Both the position numbers and the translations under genes were made by a program. A stretch of 64,000 nucleotides of DNA from an uncultured Verrucomicrobiae bacterium (GTDB lineage Bacteria > Verrucomicrobiota > Verrucomicrobiia > Chthoniobacterales > JAATET01). Numbering within the stretch: the first letter of the stretch is position 1; every line of letters begins with the position of its first letter. This document shows, in pieces, positions 46,634-56,525 of the stretch. The DNA lies in assembly GCA_963719495.1 (NCBI GenBank), contig CAVRCI010000002.1, positions 480,001-544,000 on the forward strand. The letters run 5' to 3'. The notes below the pieces were generated by a model. It did not search any database. It worked only from the letters and a program-made list of their open reading frames with translations, and was not told the DNA's origin.

Positions 46634-48985
46634 GTGAAGGCTTGGTCTCCGGGGTGCATCGCGATCGTTGCCGCGTCGCTGTTGGGCCAAGCCCGGGCTG
46701 GCGCTCCGCTCGGCCCGGCGTCGAACCCGGAGTTGCCGGCGGCGATGGATGTTTTCCGTCCGTCGAAGAGCGGGTCGGCGGACGGGCCGCTGATCGCGGA
46801 GTTCACGCGCACGGCGGCTCCGGGCGATAGCGTGACCGCCGCCGGTCCGGGTTTCGGCGAGGGGGTGACGTTCCGCTTCTTCGGACAGACTCAAGCCGCC
46901 GCCGCCGTCTCTCTCGAGCGGGACGCCGTGGTCGCCGACTCGGTCGCGGCAACGGTCGTGGTGCCGGAGGCGCTTCCGCGCTGGTCGACCTACCTGATGT
47001 GGCCCGAGGTCGGTGGGGTTCGCGGGTCGGCGGTTGCGATCAATCGCACGGAGGCTTGGTGGGTCGGTCCCGACGAGGGGATCGCGGGCGAGCGGGCTGC
47101 CGTTTACGGGCGGAATCTCGCCCACGACAATGAGAACGAGCGAGCGTGGATCTTCCTCGAGACAAAGGGCGGTGGGTTAGGGCGGTGGGTGGCCGTGGAT
47201 GCGGTCAATCCGTATCGCGTCGAGTTTCGGATTCCGAAGATCGAGCCGGGCGAATACGGGGTCTGGGCGCACAACGGACACGGCGGCGACTGGGGGTGGA
47301 GTGGGCCATTGCGCCTGACGATCCTGGCGCATTCGCCCTGGGCGGGGGCGCGGGAGCGCGTCGTCGACGTGCGGGATCACGGCGCAGTGGGCGACGGAAA
47401 GACGGACGAGACGGCGGCCATTCAGAGCGCCCTCGACGCCGCGACGAAGGTCGCGCCGGCGACCGTCTATTTCCCGGCCGGGATCTACGAAGTGAACGGG
47501 ATGATCGATCTGCGCGACGGCGTGTCGTGGCGGGGGGCGGGCCGGGACGAGACCCTCATCCGGCCGGGCGCGGACTTCGCGTCGGGCGTCGAGCCGTGGT
47601 GGCCCGCCCTCATCTTTTCCGACGCCGAAGCGGTGACCCGGGTCGAATTCGCGGATCTTTCGCTCGAAGGCGCGGGCCGGCTCGGCGGGAAATCGCTGCT
47701 CATCTTTCGTCACCACAAGCACGTTCGGATCACCGACGCCTGCCTCTCGTGGCAGGGCGCGGGTGGGGGCGTGAATCTCGGGTCGAACGATTTTCTCGCG
47801 ATCCGCGGCAGCGAATTCATCGGCGATCAAGTGTTTCTCGGCAACTCCCGGCAGGTGATCGTGCTGGACAACGAATTCCGCCTGACCGATTACGCGCACG
47901 CGGCGCTCATGTCGTGGGGCGGGAGCGAGGTGGCCATCATTGGGAACGGAGCGCGGGATCTCGACGCCTCCGCGTCGTCGATCTTGGGAGTCGGTGCCGG
48001 GCGATTTCTCGTGACGCAGTGTCATCCGGATTCCAATCGGCATTTCTACATTGCCGACAACCGAACGACCGACCTGGCCCCGCCCGTGGGAATCGGAGAC
48101 CCGAATCAGGGTGAGCAGATTCTCTTCGAGACGGGGACGTCCACGTTCGCGGCGCGGCCGCTCGCGGCGACGCCGACGACGGTGACGTTTGCGGAGGACG
48201 TTCCGGTCGCTCGCTCGCAGGACGCGGTGATCGTCGCGGGGAGCGGTGCCGGACAATTCCGCCGGGTGGCGGACGCGGATGGTCGAGCGATCACCGTGAC
48301 GCCGCCGTGGTCGGTGGTGCCCGACGAGACGAGCGTCGTGGGAATCGGTCCCGCCCAGACGCGCTCGGTCGTTTACCGGAACCGGTTCGACGGCAAGGCC
48401 GACTTCGCGGATTACGCGACGGCATCGGTCGCGCTGTCGATGTATGGGAACACGTCGGACGTCATCTTCGCCGGGAACGAGGTGACCGACATACGAAACG
48501 GACTCGTCGACGAATACTCGCAGGTGCCGCGCCCGGAAACGCCGACTCCGAGCGCGTGCTTCTTTAATGTGATCACCGACAACTCGCTGGACCGAAGCCG
48601 GTTTGGGATGCGGATCATGACCGACTACCTGACCGAGGAATCCGCCGGAACGCTCGGACACTTGGGGAATCACTACCGCCGCAACGAGTTTCGCAACCTG
48701 CGGTCGGCGGGGATCTATTTCGGCGGCGACGAGAATGGCCACCCCGGCGGTGATGTGACCCAGAACGTGTTCGAGGAAAATGGTTGGACCGGACTGCCCG
48801 TGGGGATTCGGAACGAAGGTGCGGCGACTCTTTTCGAACGGGTGGTCTTTCGGGCGAATCGTTTCGACGCGGGGAACGTGGATTCCAAGGGATCGCAGCG
48901 AATCGAGGGGGCGGACGCGAGCGTCTCGTGGTGGTGGTCAGGCAACGAGTGGACGGGATTCGAACCCGGCGAACGAGGACCGTAA
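46634..48985 (+). CDS. Secreted parallel beta-helix protein (pectate_lyase_3 / pectin lyase fold)
   Basis: VDVRDHGAVGDGKTDETAAIQ, VYFPAGIY, GAG; Asn-ladder repeats; N-terminal Ig-like region. Confidence 0.75.
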   Translation: MKAWSPGCIAIVAASLLGQARAGAPLGPASNPELPAAMDVFRPSKSGSADGPLIAEFTRTAAPGDSVTAAGPGFGEGVTFRFFGQTQAAAAVSLERDAVVADSVAATVVVPEALPRWSTYLMWPEVGGVRGSAVAINRTEAWWVGPDEGIAGERAAVYGRNLAHDNENERAWIFLETKGGGLGRWVAVDAVNPYRVEFRIPKIEPGEYGVWAHNGHGGDWGWSGPLRLTILAHSPWAGARERVVDVRDHGAVGDGKTDETAAIQSALDAATKVAPATVYFPAGIYEVNGMIDLRDGVSWRGAGRDETLIRPGADFASGVEPWWPALIFSDAEAVTRVEFADLSLEGAGRLGGKSLLIFRHHKHVRITDACLSWQGAGGGVNLGSNDFLAIRGSEFIGDQVFLGNSRQVIVLDNEFRLTDYAHAALMSWGGSEVAIIGNGARDLDASASSILGVGAGRFLVTQCHPDSNRHFYIADNRTTDLAPPVGIGDPNQGEQILFETGTSTFAARPLAATPTTVTFAEDVPVARSQDAVIVAGSGAGQFRRVADADGRAITVTPPWSVVPDETSVVGIGPAQTRSVVYRNRFDGKADFADYATASVALSMYGNTSDVIFAGNEVTDIRNGLVDEYSQVPRPETPTPSACFFNVITDNSLDRSRFGMRIMTDYLTEESAGTLGHLGNHYRRNEFRNLRSAGIYFGGDENGHPGGDVTQNVFEENGWTGLPVGIRNEGAATLFERVVFRANRFDAGNVDSKGSQRIEGADASVSWWWSGNEWTGFEPGERGP

Positions 48986-49010
48986 AAGCGGTCGAGTCCG
49001 CGAGGCGGAT

Positions 49011-51527
49011 TCAGGCGAGCGCCGTGAAGACCGTGCGGCCCGCGTCTTCGCGCTGGGAGAAAGTTTTCCCACCGCCTTCCACACTCACTTCGCCGGTGAA
49101 CGGGAGGCGGATGGTGGTCACCGTGAGCTGGCCGGAGCGGATGACGAGACGACCGCCGCGCGCGTCGCGGAAGAGCGTGCCGTAGGCTCCGGGGAGGAGA
49201 ACGCACCAGCGCCCGATGGGCAGCGGGAGGGCGGGAGCGATGTCGAGCGTTTCGCCGTCGAAGGTGAGTCCAAGGAAGGCGTTCGGGATCGCGAGGGCGG
49301 ACATGGCACGGTAGTAGTGTCCGCCGAATTCCTGATGGTCCCAGTAGATCCCCCAATCGCGGTGCCGGGCATCGACGTTGCGGATGATCTCCTCGGCGCT
49401 TTCGGGCATCCCAGACTGATAGAGCTGCGCGGCGAAGTTGAGTTCGACGCCGGACCAGCAGGTGTTCGCCTGGTCGACCCAGGTGGCGTCCGCGACCGGA
49501 TGGAGGAATTCGTCGCCGGGCCACTGACAGTTGCGGAGGCCCTGCGCGGGACGGTAGTTCATCGCGAGGATGGTGCGGAGGGCGGTTTGGGCTTTGCCCA
49601 GATCGACGACCGGCGGGAGTCCGAGCTGACGCGCCGCGCCCTCGCCGATGATCTGATCCGTCAAGCAACCGCGGTAGCCGGTCGGGTCGGCATCCTGAGG
49701 CTCCGAGTAGAGATTGAAATAGTCGCCGTTCCACGTGGTCGCCTCGAACGTGCGGCGACCGGACTCGAACTTCTCCTCGTATTCCGCAACGAATTCGGTG
49801 TCGCCCAACTTCCGGGCCACCATCAGCGCCGCCGCCACGCCGGCGAGCCATTGCGTGACGACGAACGGGGCGACGCCGTGCATCGGGAAGTTGTCGTAGG
49901 AGCACATGATGCCGCGCATGTCCGGGAGGTTGTCGCCGTTGGCGTCGCGCTCGCGCAGGACGTAAGCGAGGGCACGCTTTACCGGTGGCCAGACGCGGGC
50001 GAGATAGGCGTCGTCACCGCTCCAGAGCGCGGCGCGCAGCGCCTGGAAAACGAATTGGGCGGGCATGTCGAGGCGGTGACCGCTGGCCTCCTTCGGCGTG
50101 ACGTGGCGGGAATTGCAATTGATCGAATGCACGACCGAGCCGTCCGGATTCTGAAATTTGATCCAGAGGTCGACGGTCATCCGGTCGAGTTCGGGAAAGA
50201 GGAGGCTCGTTGCGATCTGGCCATACATGGCGACGTCCGTCGTTGCGATACCCGCGAAGGATTTTTGGGGACTGAGTCCTTCGAGAATCCCGAACATGCC
50301 GGTGCGCGTCAGCCACGTGCTGGTGCGGAAGGTGTTCAGGTGCGAATTGACCTGATCGAGCACGAACCCCGGCAGGCTGCTGTCGAAAAAGGTGAGGTGA
50401 AACGCCGTCGTCTCGTCGAGAAGACGGTCGTGCTCGTTCTGCGCGTAGCGGGCGACGGACTCGGAGTCGGCGAAGAAATTCTCGTAGTAATGACCCTCGA
50501 GCGGCGCGGCCTCGTGCTCGGGAGGCGGCTCGGCATCGGGACTCGCGGCGGGGTCGGCTCCCGGGAAGGCCGCGTCCTCGAGGTATCCGGCGGCAATGTG
50601 CGGGTCGTCGACGGCGTGGGCGTAGTTGTTCGGAAAGTGCCAGGCGAGCGCGAACGTGTGGCGCGCCGTGTCGCCGCGACGCGCGAGCGGACGCCGGACG
50701 CCCAGCGTGACGAAGCAGCGGGGGTCGGCGCGGTGGCGCCCGGTCGTGGAATCCAACCGGTTGCGATTTTCCGTATCCTCGATCTCCGGCAGCGTCGGCT
50801 CCCGCAACACGCGTTCGTAATACGGGTGGTGATGTTCCCAGCCGAGGTAGGCCGTGGTGTCCGCGTCGAAGGACGCGAGCGTGACCGACCCGGTCGTCGA
50901 GGCGGTCGGGTCGAGGTCGTCGTTCTCCATGACGACCGCTGAGAACGCGCCGTCGCGCACCCGGCGGTTCCGGTAGGTGCGGTCCAGCTGATCGTAGCCC
51001 ACGGCGTTGCGCGCGGAGGCGAGGATCTCAAGGTCGACCGGCCGGTCCGAAATCGACGTAATTGTGAAATCGAAGAACGCCAGCGGCAGCGCCGAATCCT
51101 TGACGTTGCCGGGAATGAACGATGACCAGGCCCGCAGCGCAATCCGCAGCGGCACCCCGGAGTGCTCGAATTCGAGATCGGCGAACGGCACGCTCGCAGT
51201 CAGACGAACGGTGTCCACCCCGCTGAGCCACGGAAAGATGTATTGGAACTCGTGATGATCGATCCCGGCGGCACCCTGCCCGTCCTCGATCTGTAGCAGC
51301 ACGAGCCGCGGGTCCTCGCTCTCGACCGCGACGCGCAGGACGAAGAAAAGCGTCTGCTTCGGATTGAACGGGTAGGGGGCTCCCGCGAATTGCGGGCGGT
51401 TATTGAAAATCTGCCAATTCGCGAACCCACCGTCCTGCCGGATTTCGAAGCCCCCGGTTCCGATCCCGCCGAGGGCCATCCCGGCGCGCGGGAGTTGGGA
51501 TCGGTGCGTGTGGAGGGAAAGCGGCAT
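49011..51527 (-). CDS. GH116 (GBA2-like) glycoside hydrolase
   Basis: GMALGGIGTG, WQIFN, SALP, FGILEG, SYD, CWSGVE, EFGGHYYRAMS. Confidence 0.85.
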   Translation of the reverse strand: MPLSLHTHRSQLPRAGMALGGIGTGGFEIRQDGGFANWQIFNNRPQFAGAPYPFNPKQTLFFVLRVAVESEDPRLVLLQIEDGQGAAGIDHHEFQYIFPWLSGVDTVRLTASVPFADLEFEHSGVPLRIALRAWSSFIPGNVKDSALPLAFFDFTITSISDRPVDLEILASARNAVGYDQLDRTYRNRRVRDGAFSAVVMENDDLDPTASTTGSVTLASFDADTTAYLGWEHHHPYYERVLREPTLPEIEDTENRNRLDSTTGRHRADPRCFVTLGVRRPLARRGDTARHTFALAWHFPNNYAHAVDDPHIAAGYLEDAAFPGADPAASPDAEPPPEHEAAPLEGHYYENFFADSESVARYAQNEHDRLLDETTAFHLTFFDSSLPGFVLDQVNSHLNTFRTSTWLTRTGMFGILEGLSPQKSFAGIATTDVAMYGQIATSLLFPELDRMTVDLWIKFQNPDGSVVHSINCNSRHVTPKEASGHRLDMPAQFVFQALRAALWSGDDAYLARVWPPVKRALAYVLRERDANGDNLPDMRGIMCSYDNFPMHGVAPFVVTQWLAGVAAALMVARKLGDTEFVAEYEEKFESGRRTFEATTWNGDYFNLYSEPQDADPTGYRGCLTDQIIGEGAARQLGLPPVVDLGKAQTALRTILAMNYRPAQGLRNCQWPGDEFLHPVADATWVDQANTCWSGVELNFAAQLYQSGMPESAEEIIRNVDARHRDWGIYWDHQEFGGHYYRAMSALAIPNAFLGLTFDGETLDIAPALPLPIGRWCVLLPGAYGTLFRDARGGRLVIRSGQLTVTTIRLPFTGEVSVEGGGKTFSQREDAGRTVFTALA

Positions 51528-51594
51528 GGCGACAGGCTCAAGATGCGGTCGACAGCCTTTCCAGCTCGCAAAATGGAGCAATATTTGTCCGGCT

Positions 51595-51604
51595 TAAGCC
51601 GTTA
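51595..51604 (-). promoter_or_regulatory. Putative operator TAACGGCTTA upstream of GH116
   Basis: taagccgtta on the + strand; last copy before the island. Confidence 0.7.
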
Positions 51605-52325
51605 TAGATCCCGCCATGGTTTCCGCCCGAACCTGCAACGTTGCCGACCGGAGACTCGAGCAGACTTTCGCGGCAGTCCATCGCGATCCCCCAAAAGAAC
51701 ACTATGATCTGGATTTGCTCCAATTCGATGTGGAGGAGCGGAAAGGTGGAGATTTCATCGACGCGAGGGTGGCAAATGAGAATGCGGTCTGCCGTAACAT
51801 GAACGGCGACCTCCAAGCCGACCGAATGATCCCCATATTAGGACGGATTATCACCGCGAATGCGGCTCCACTACGAGAGACCTCCGGGCTCGCCTCAGCC
51901 TGACACAAAGATGAGCTGCTTCGGCTCTTCCCTCGCCATTACGATCTTTGCGTAATGTTGACAATCTTCGTGCCGAGACGAGCTGGTGAGAGTTTTGTCC
52001 GATTGCGATCTGGGCAGCAAATGATCTGATGCTTGAACCTGACGCGCTTGTCGAACCGGCATCGAAATCTACCCAGCTGAGGACGCATATGCGCCTAGTC
52101 GTTCGCAGCGCGTCGCTCTGCAGCGGCGATTTACACGCCATTCTTACCAGAGTAGCGGCGTTCGAGTCCCTTGAACACCCTTCCATTTTTCAAGGCAGTG
52201 GCCCAAGAGTTCGCGTTTGCCGCAGAACACGAACTCTTCGGTTCTGAGCCCGGTTCAGAGTCGATTTCCCTCCAAAAAGCCAGGCCGTCGGTCTGTCAGG
52301 AAAGCGCGCTGAGTATCTTTTCGAC

Positions 52326-52928
52326 ATGCACAGCGGGGCCCGGCCATTCCAAAATCAGCGGGAATTCGAGGAATTCCTGCAAGCGATGGAGGGGGAGTTT
52401 GGGGTTAGAAACCGCGCTCTTGTGACGCTCTCAGCCTACGCCGGGTTGCGGATTCAGTCGGTTTTGAGCCTCAGAATCGGCGACGTTTTCGACGGACATC
52501 GGTTCCGAAAATCGTTCCGTGTCGCGAGGAAAGCGATGAAAGGAAAGCGTGGAAGTTTCGTCGTCCCGCTCCATCCGAGGGCGGCATTCGCGCTCGGACG
52601 GTGGTTGATTTTGCTGCGCAGGCGAGGGCATTCGCTTTCACCCAACGCTCCGATTTTTTGCGGACAGAGGGGGGAAACGAAGGCGGTTTCGGTGCGCATG
52701 ATGCAAAAAGTCCTGAACGAAGTGTCGGGAAAAGTCGGGGCAGAGGGGGGGATTTCAACCCATTCGTGCCGTAAATTTTTTGCGAAGCGCGTGTATGAAC
52801 GAAGTGGGAATTGTCTCGTTACGACCGCTCAAGCACTTGCGCATGGCTCGACTGATCTTCGCACCACGGCTCGGTATCTGGCGTTTCAGATCTCGGAACG
52901 CGCCGACGCCATCGTTCGAAATCTTTGA
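52326..52928 (+). CDS. Small tyrosine recombinase (catalytic domain only)
   Basis: RNRAL...AGLR, MKGK, THSCRK, LAH, TARYL give the R-K-H-R-H-Y catalytic set; 200 aa. Confidence 0.88.
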   Translation: MHSGARPFQNQREFEEFLQAMEGEFGVRNRALVTLSAYAGLRIQSVLSLRIGDVFDGHRFRKSFRVARKAMKGKRGSFVVPLHPRAAFALGRWLILLRRRGHSLSPNAPIFCGQRGETKAVSVRMMQKVLNEVSGKVGAEGGISTHSCRKFFAKRVYERSGNCLVTTAQALAHGSTDLRTTARYLAFQISERADAIVRNL

Positions 52929-53209
52929 GGAGTCGCGAATCTCGTCACCTTCCACGCAGCTCAGATTCTCGAATTTCGTTCTGATATTTCGACTCGTCTG
53001 CTCACTCAAATCCGTTCGGCCGGCCCAAACAAACTGCGGGAAAATGTCTCGGCATCCTCAAAAATACAAACAGCCGAACTCAATTTTCTTGAGAAACGGT
53101 GGTCTACGACGGCCTGAAATTGAGCGATTGCCAGGACTAGGGCCCGCAAGATTCGGAGTTCTTCCAAGTCTGAATCCCGGAATTTTGCGGCCGGTATCTT
53201 GCCTATACC

Positions 53210-54634
53210 ATGAGCAATTTCACTATTCCCGATGACGAATTGATCGACTGCGGACTGACGCAGTCTCAGCAAGAGGCGTTGGATCAACTGCGCTTTTTCC
53301 ATGAACTTCACGAGCGGCGTGTGCGCAGCATCGCAGGGATTTCGACGCGAGCAACACCGCTCATCGTCGGACCTTCCGGGTCGGGAAAGACCTTTTTAGT
53401 GAGCAGTTTGGCCGTTGAGAAATCGTTGCCGATGTTCGCGATCAACGCGCACAATTGGATTCCGCTTGGCGCACGGAACGAAGGCGCACACACCCTGATA
53501 CAGATCCTTCGGTTCATCGGCAGGCATCCGCGCGGGATCATTTTCATCGACGAGGTGAACAAACTCACTGTCGGACATGCGGCGGAAAGCTCTTGGTGCG
53601 CGGACGTTCTGTCGGAATTATTGGCCTTCCTCGATATGGACGTTCGGCTGGAAACCGCAGGATTTTCCGTCGACCAAATCTATCATCTTTTTGAGAATTT
53701 CTTCGTCATAGGTGCCGGTGCTTTCCAAGGCGAGTGGCGCGGATCTCAGACCCGTGAGATCGGTTTCGCAGAACGATCGGCGTTTCAAGATGCGGAAAAT
53801 TATCGGCGTGCAGTGGAGTCTCAAACACAGGTTGCGGACGAATTGCTGTTCAGATTCAACGAGCAAATCATCACGATTGCGCCGCCGACAGCGGCTGAAT
53901 TTGGAGAGCGAATCCAAACGATCCGAGGTGCTCTGTGCATTCCGGCACTCGGTGAAAGCGAGCTTCGCGCGGTTGTAGCTGAGGCCGTCCAGAGCGGAAG
54001 AATGGTGCGCTGGCTCGAAGGCTACACGGTGCGATGCATGTCAGAAGCCCCAGACGGAATCCGCCGTGGATCGAGTCTCCTCGAAAACCTTAGCGTGCCC
54101 ATGGCGCCACCCTCGGAGTTTGTGCCAGGCAATCTGGACGCAGGAACAAACGCCAAGAATCATCGTCAGGCTTTCACTTCGGCATACCAGGGCTATGTGA
54201 ATGCGTTGCAAGAAATGGAGCCCGCCGCCGTCGCTGCCGAGTTCGCACTCGCAGATCTTTGGCGAACAGCCAAGGAGCGCGAAGAATCGGGGAACGACTG
54301 CACGCTGATCTCTGCGCTATGCGATGCTCGGAAGATATTTCGTGCCTTTATCGGAAAGCCGGATGCGTCGCTGGTTGGCGCGATGCGTTGGTTGGCATGC
54401 CATGCCGGGCTCGTTATGAGCGCAGAATCTGATGAAGACCGTTGCAAGCGAGCGAAGGACATTGATGTTTTGAGCGAGGGTTTGAAACGCGGCCTCATCC
54501 GGTTCCGGGGATGTATTGATGGCGAGGACGTAGCTCCGGAAGTTCGTCCCGCGGTGATCGGATACCTCGTCGCATCGCAACGATTGAGCGCTGCCTGGCA
54601 GATTTTGGCGCAGCTCAGTGTGGATCAGGAGTGA
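53210..54634 (+). CDS. AAA+ ATPase with unknown helical C-terminal domain
   Basis: Walker A GPSGSGKT, Walker B IIFIDE, GAGAF and ELLFRF resembling ClpX/HslU-type motifs. Confidence 0.75.
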   Translation: MSNFTIPDDELIDCGLTQSQQEALDQLRFFHELHERRVRSIAGISTRATPLIVGPSGSGKTFLVSSLAVEKSLPMFAINAHNWIPLGARNEGAHTLIQILRFIGRHPRGIIFIDEVNKLTVGHAAESSWCADVLSELLAFLDMDVRLETAGFSVDQIYHLFENFFVIGAGAFQGEWRGSQTREIGFAERSAFQDAENYRRAVESQTQVADELLFRFNEQIITIAPPTAAEFGERIQTIRGALCIPALGESELRAVVAEAVQSGRMVRWLEGYTVRCMSEAPDGIRRGSSLLENLSVPMAPPSEFVPGNLDAGTNAKNHRQAFTSAYQGYVNALQEMEPAAVAAEFALADLWRTAKEREESGNDCTLISALCDARKIFRAFIGKPDASLVGAMRWLACHAGLVMSAESDEDRCKRAKDIDVLSEGLKRGLIRFRGCIDGEDVAPEVRPAVIGYLVASQRLSAAWQILAQLSVDQE

Positions 54635-54766
54635 GGCGTGTTGATGGGGAGCGCTCGCCGAACGTTCCTGTCGAACTCGCGACCAGAGGGTAGGTGAGCG
54701 ATAAATCCAGATTTTATAGCTCACAAAATGATTGATAGTGAGCAATAAATCTCCATCTTATCCCTC

Positions 54767-55876
54767 GTGAAAGAGGGGAGATGGAATTGGCAGAAGGCCG
54801 AGTGGCCGAACTTCCGCTTTGATTCCGGACCGTTGGAGAAGGTCGAAAGCGACTTCCTGCTGCAAGCCGGAACGCTCGGGGGGACCTTGAAACACGCAGG
54901 GGACGAAGACAGGCAATCGCTCGTCGTTAGTCTGATCAGCGATGAGGCTGTGCAAACATCCGAAATCGAGGGCGAGATCCTCAATCGGGACAGTGTCCAA
55001 TCCTCGATCCGCAAGCAGTTGGGCCTGCCGACGGATTCCCGGAAAATCTCCCCGGCAGAGCAGGGGATCGCGGAAATGCTCAGCGATCTCTATCAGCATT
55101 CGCAGGAGCCGCTGACCGAGAAAACGCTGTTGAAATGGCACGCGATGCTCACGAACGGCCGCCGAGATCTGCGGGACATCGGAAGATATCGAAGGGGAAA
55201 TGATCCGATGCAGGTCGTCTCCGGGGCTCTGCATGATCCAAAGGTTCATTTCGAGGCACCTCCCGCCGACGCCGTGCCTCGCGAGATGCAGAAATTCCTC
55301 AAATGGTTTCAAGGGACGGGGCCATCAGCCGATCGACCGCTTCCACTCCTGACGCGTGCGGGTATCGCGCACCTCTATTTCGTGTGTATCCACCCCTTCG
55401 AGGATGGAAATGGCCGTGTCGGTCGCGCGATCAGCGAGAAGTCGATCGCCGAATCGCTGGGACACCCGACGCTGATCTCGCTATCTCAAGTGATCAACAG
55501 TCGCCGCAAAATCTATTACGAGCTTCTCGAGCAGAATAACCAGACGCTTGAGATTACCTCATGGTTGGTCTATTTCGCGGTAACCGCCCTGTCCGCGCAG
55601 CTCGCCACGCAGAAAGCCGTCGATCGAATCATCGGAAAGGCCAAGTTTTTCGAGCAATATCGCGGGCGGCTCAACGAGCGACAGGAGAAGGCGATCGTGC
55701 GCATGTTCAGAGAGGTGGACGGATTCCAAGGGGGAATGAGCGCCGACAAATACATCCGGATCACCGCGGCCTCACGCGCAACGGCGACGCGTGACTTGCA
55801 GGAGCTGGTCCGCTTGGGAGCCATGTCGAAAACCGGAATGCTCAAGAGCACGCGTTATCACCTCAATATCGGATAG
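54767..55876 (+). CDS. Fic family protein (DUF4172 N-terminus, C-terminal wHTH)
   Basis: WNWQ..WP.F N-terminus, TSEIEGE inhibitory motif, HPFEDGNGRVGR, SRATATRDL. Confidence 0.92.
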   Translation: MKEGRWNWQKAEWPNFRFDSGPLEKVESDFLLQAGTLGGTLKHAGDEDRQSLVVSLISDEAVQTSEIEGEILNRDSVQSSIRKQLGLPTDSRKISPAEQGIAEMLSDLYQHSQEPLTEKTLLKWHAMLTNGRRDLRDIGRYRRGNDPMQVVSGALHDPKVHFEAPPADAVPREMQKFLKWFQGTGPSADRPLPLLTRAGIAHLYFVCIHPFEDGNGRVGRAISEKSIAESLGHPTLISLSQVINSRRKIYYELLEQNNQTLEITSWLVYFAVTALSAQLATQKAVDRIIGKAKFFEQYRGRLNERQEKAIVRMFREVDGFQGGMSADKYIRITAASRATATRDLQELVRLGAMSKTGMLKSTRYHLNIG

Positions 55877-56159
55877 CGCCCGGGCGATCTCGGAGGAGGC
55901 TGGCGCTTCGACCGCGCATCCCCAATCTCCGCATCGGAGGGCTGGAAAAGGGGGCAGAGGCGTGACCTCTTCAACAGAGGCGAGGCAACGTTTTGGTAGT
56001 TTTGTTGCCTCGGCATTAGAGGAGGGGCTTCATGACGAAAGCGTCACTTGGGATCTGGCACGCCGCCTGCAAGACATGGATATGTTCTGGGGAAACATCA
56101 GGCCGTCGCAACACTCGTTGCGACGGCCTGCCTTTTTTTGCGGATTCGGCAAACGCGGG

Positions 56160-56393
56160 CTATTTGCCCTTTATTGGGAAGACGTCGTTCAGGCTGACTT
56201 TGAGGCTCTTCATGATTCGCGACAACATGTGAAGAGTCGCAAATTTCTCGCCGCTCACGATGCCATGCAGCATTGATTGCGGAACCCCGGTTTCTTTCGC
56301 CAGTCGAGGATAGCTCCAATCATTCTCCGACATAACCCCGCGAAGAAATTTTCCGAGAGCAATGTCGAGATCTGAGGGAGTCTTTCGAGCCAT
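56160..56393 (-). CDS. XRE/Cro-type HTH transcriptional regulator
   Basis: 77 aa; SYPRLAKETGVPQSMLHGIVSGE...TL..L.RI...L.V pattern. Confidence 0.8.
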   Translation of the reverse strand: MARKTPSDLDIALGKFLRGVMSENDWSYPRLAKETGVPQSMLHGIVSGEKFATLHMLSRIMKSLKVSLNDVFPIKGK

Positions 56394-56471
56394 TCTCCAC
56401 CGAGAATGGCGGAATGCATGTTCTCCATGGAGAAAGGTTTGAGCTTGACGTGCCGCGTTCTCTATGGAGAA
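56389..56471. promoter_or_regulatory. Three palindromic operators TTCTC-N4-GAGAA
   Basis: 56393-56406, 56421-56434 and 56458-56471; TTGACG at 56445-56450 between sites 2 and 3. Confidence 0.7.
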
Positions 56472-56525
56472 TGATCCGATCCTGATGCCACGGTTTGTAA
56501 ATCCAAAGCCGGTATCTTCCAGCGT

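Noticed and set aside
51616..51903. 95-aa ORF at the island edge
   Set aside because: No motifs and a competing antisense ORF of similar length.
52081..52185. Intact tRNA gene
   Set aside because: T-stem and acceptor stem do not pair and spacing is wrong; kept only as a low-interest remnant.
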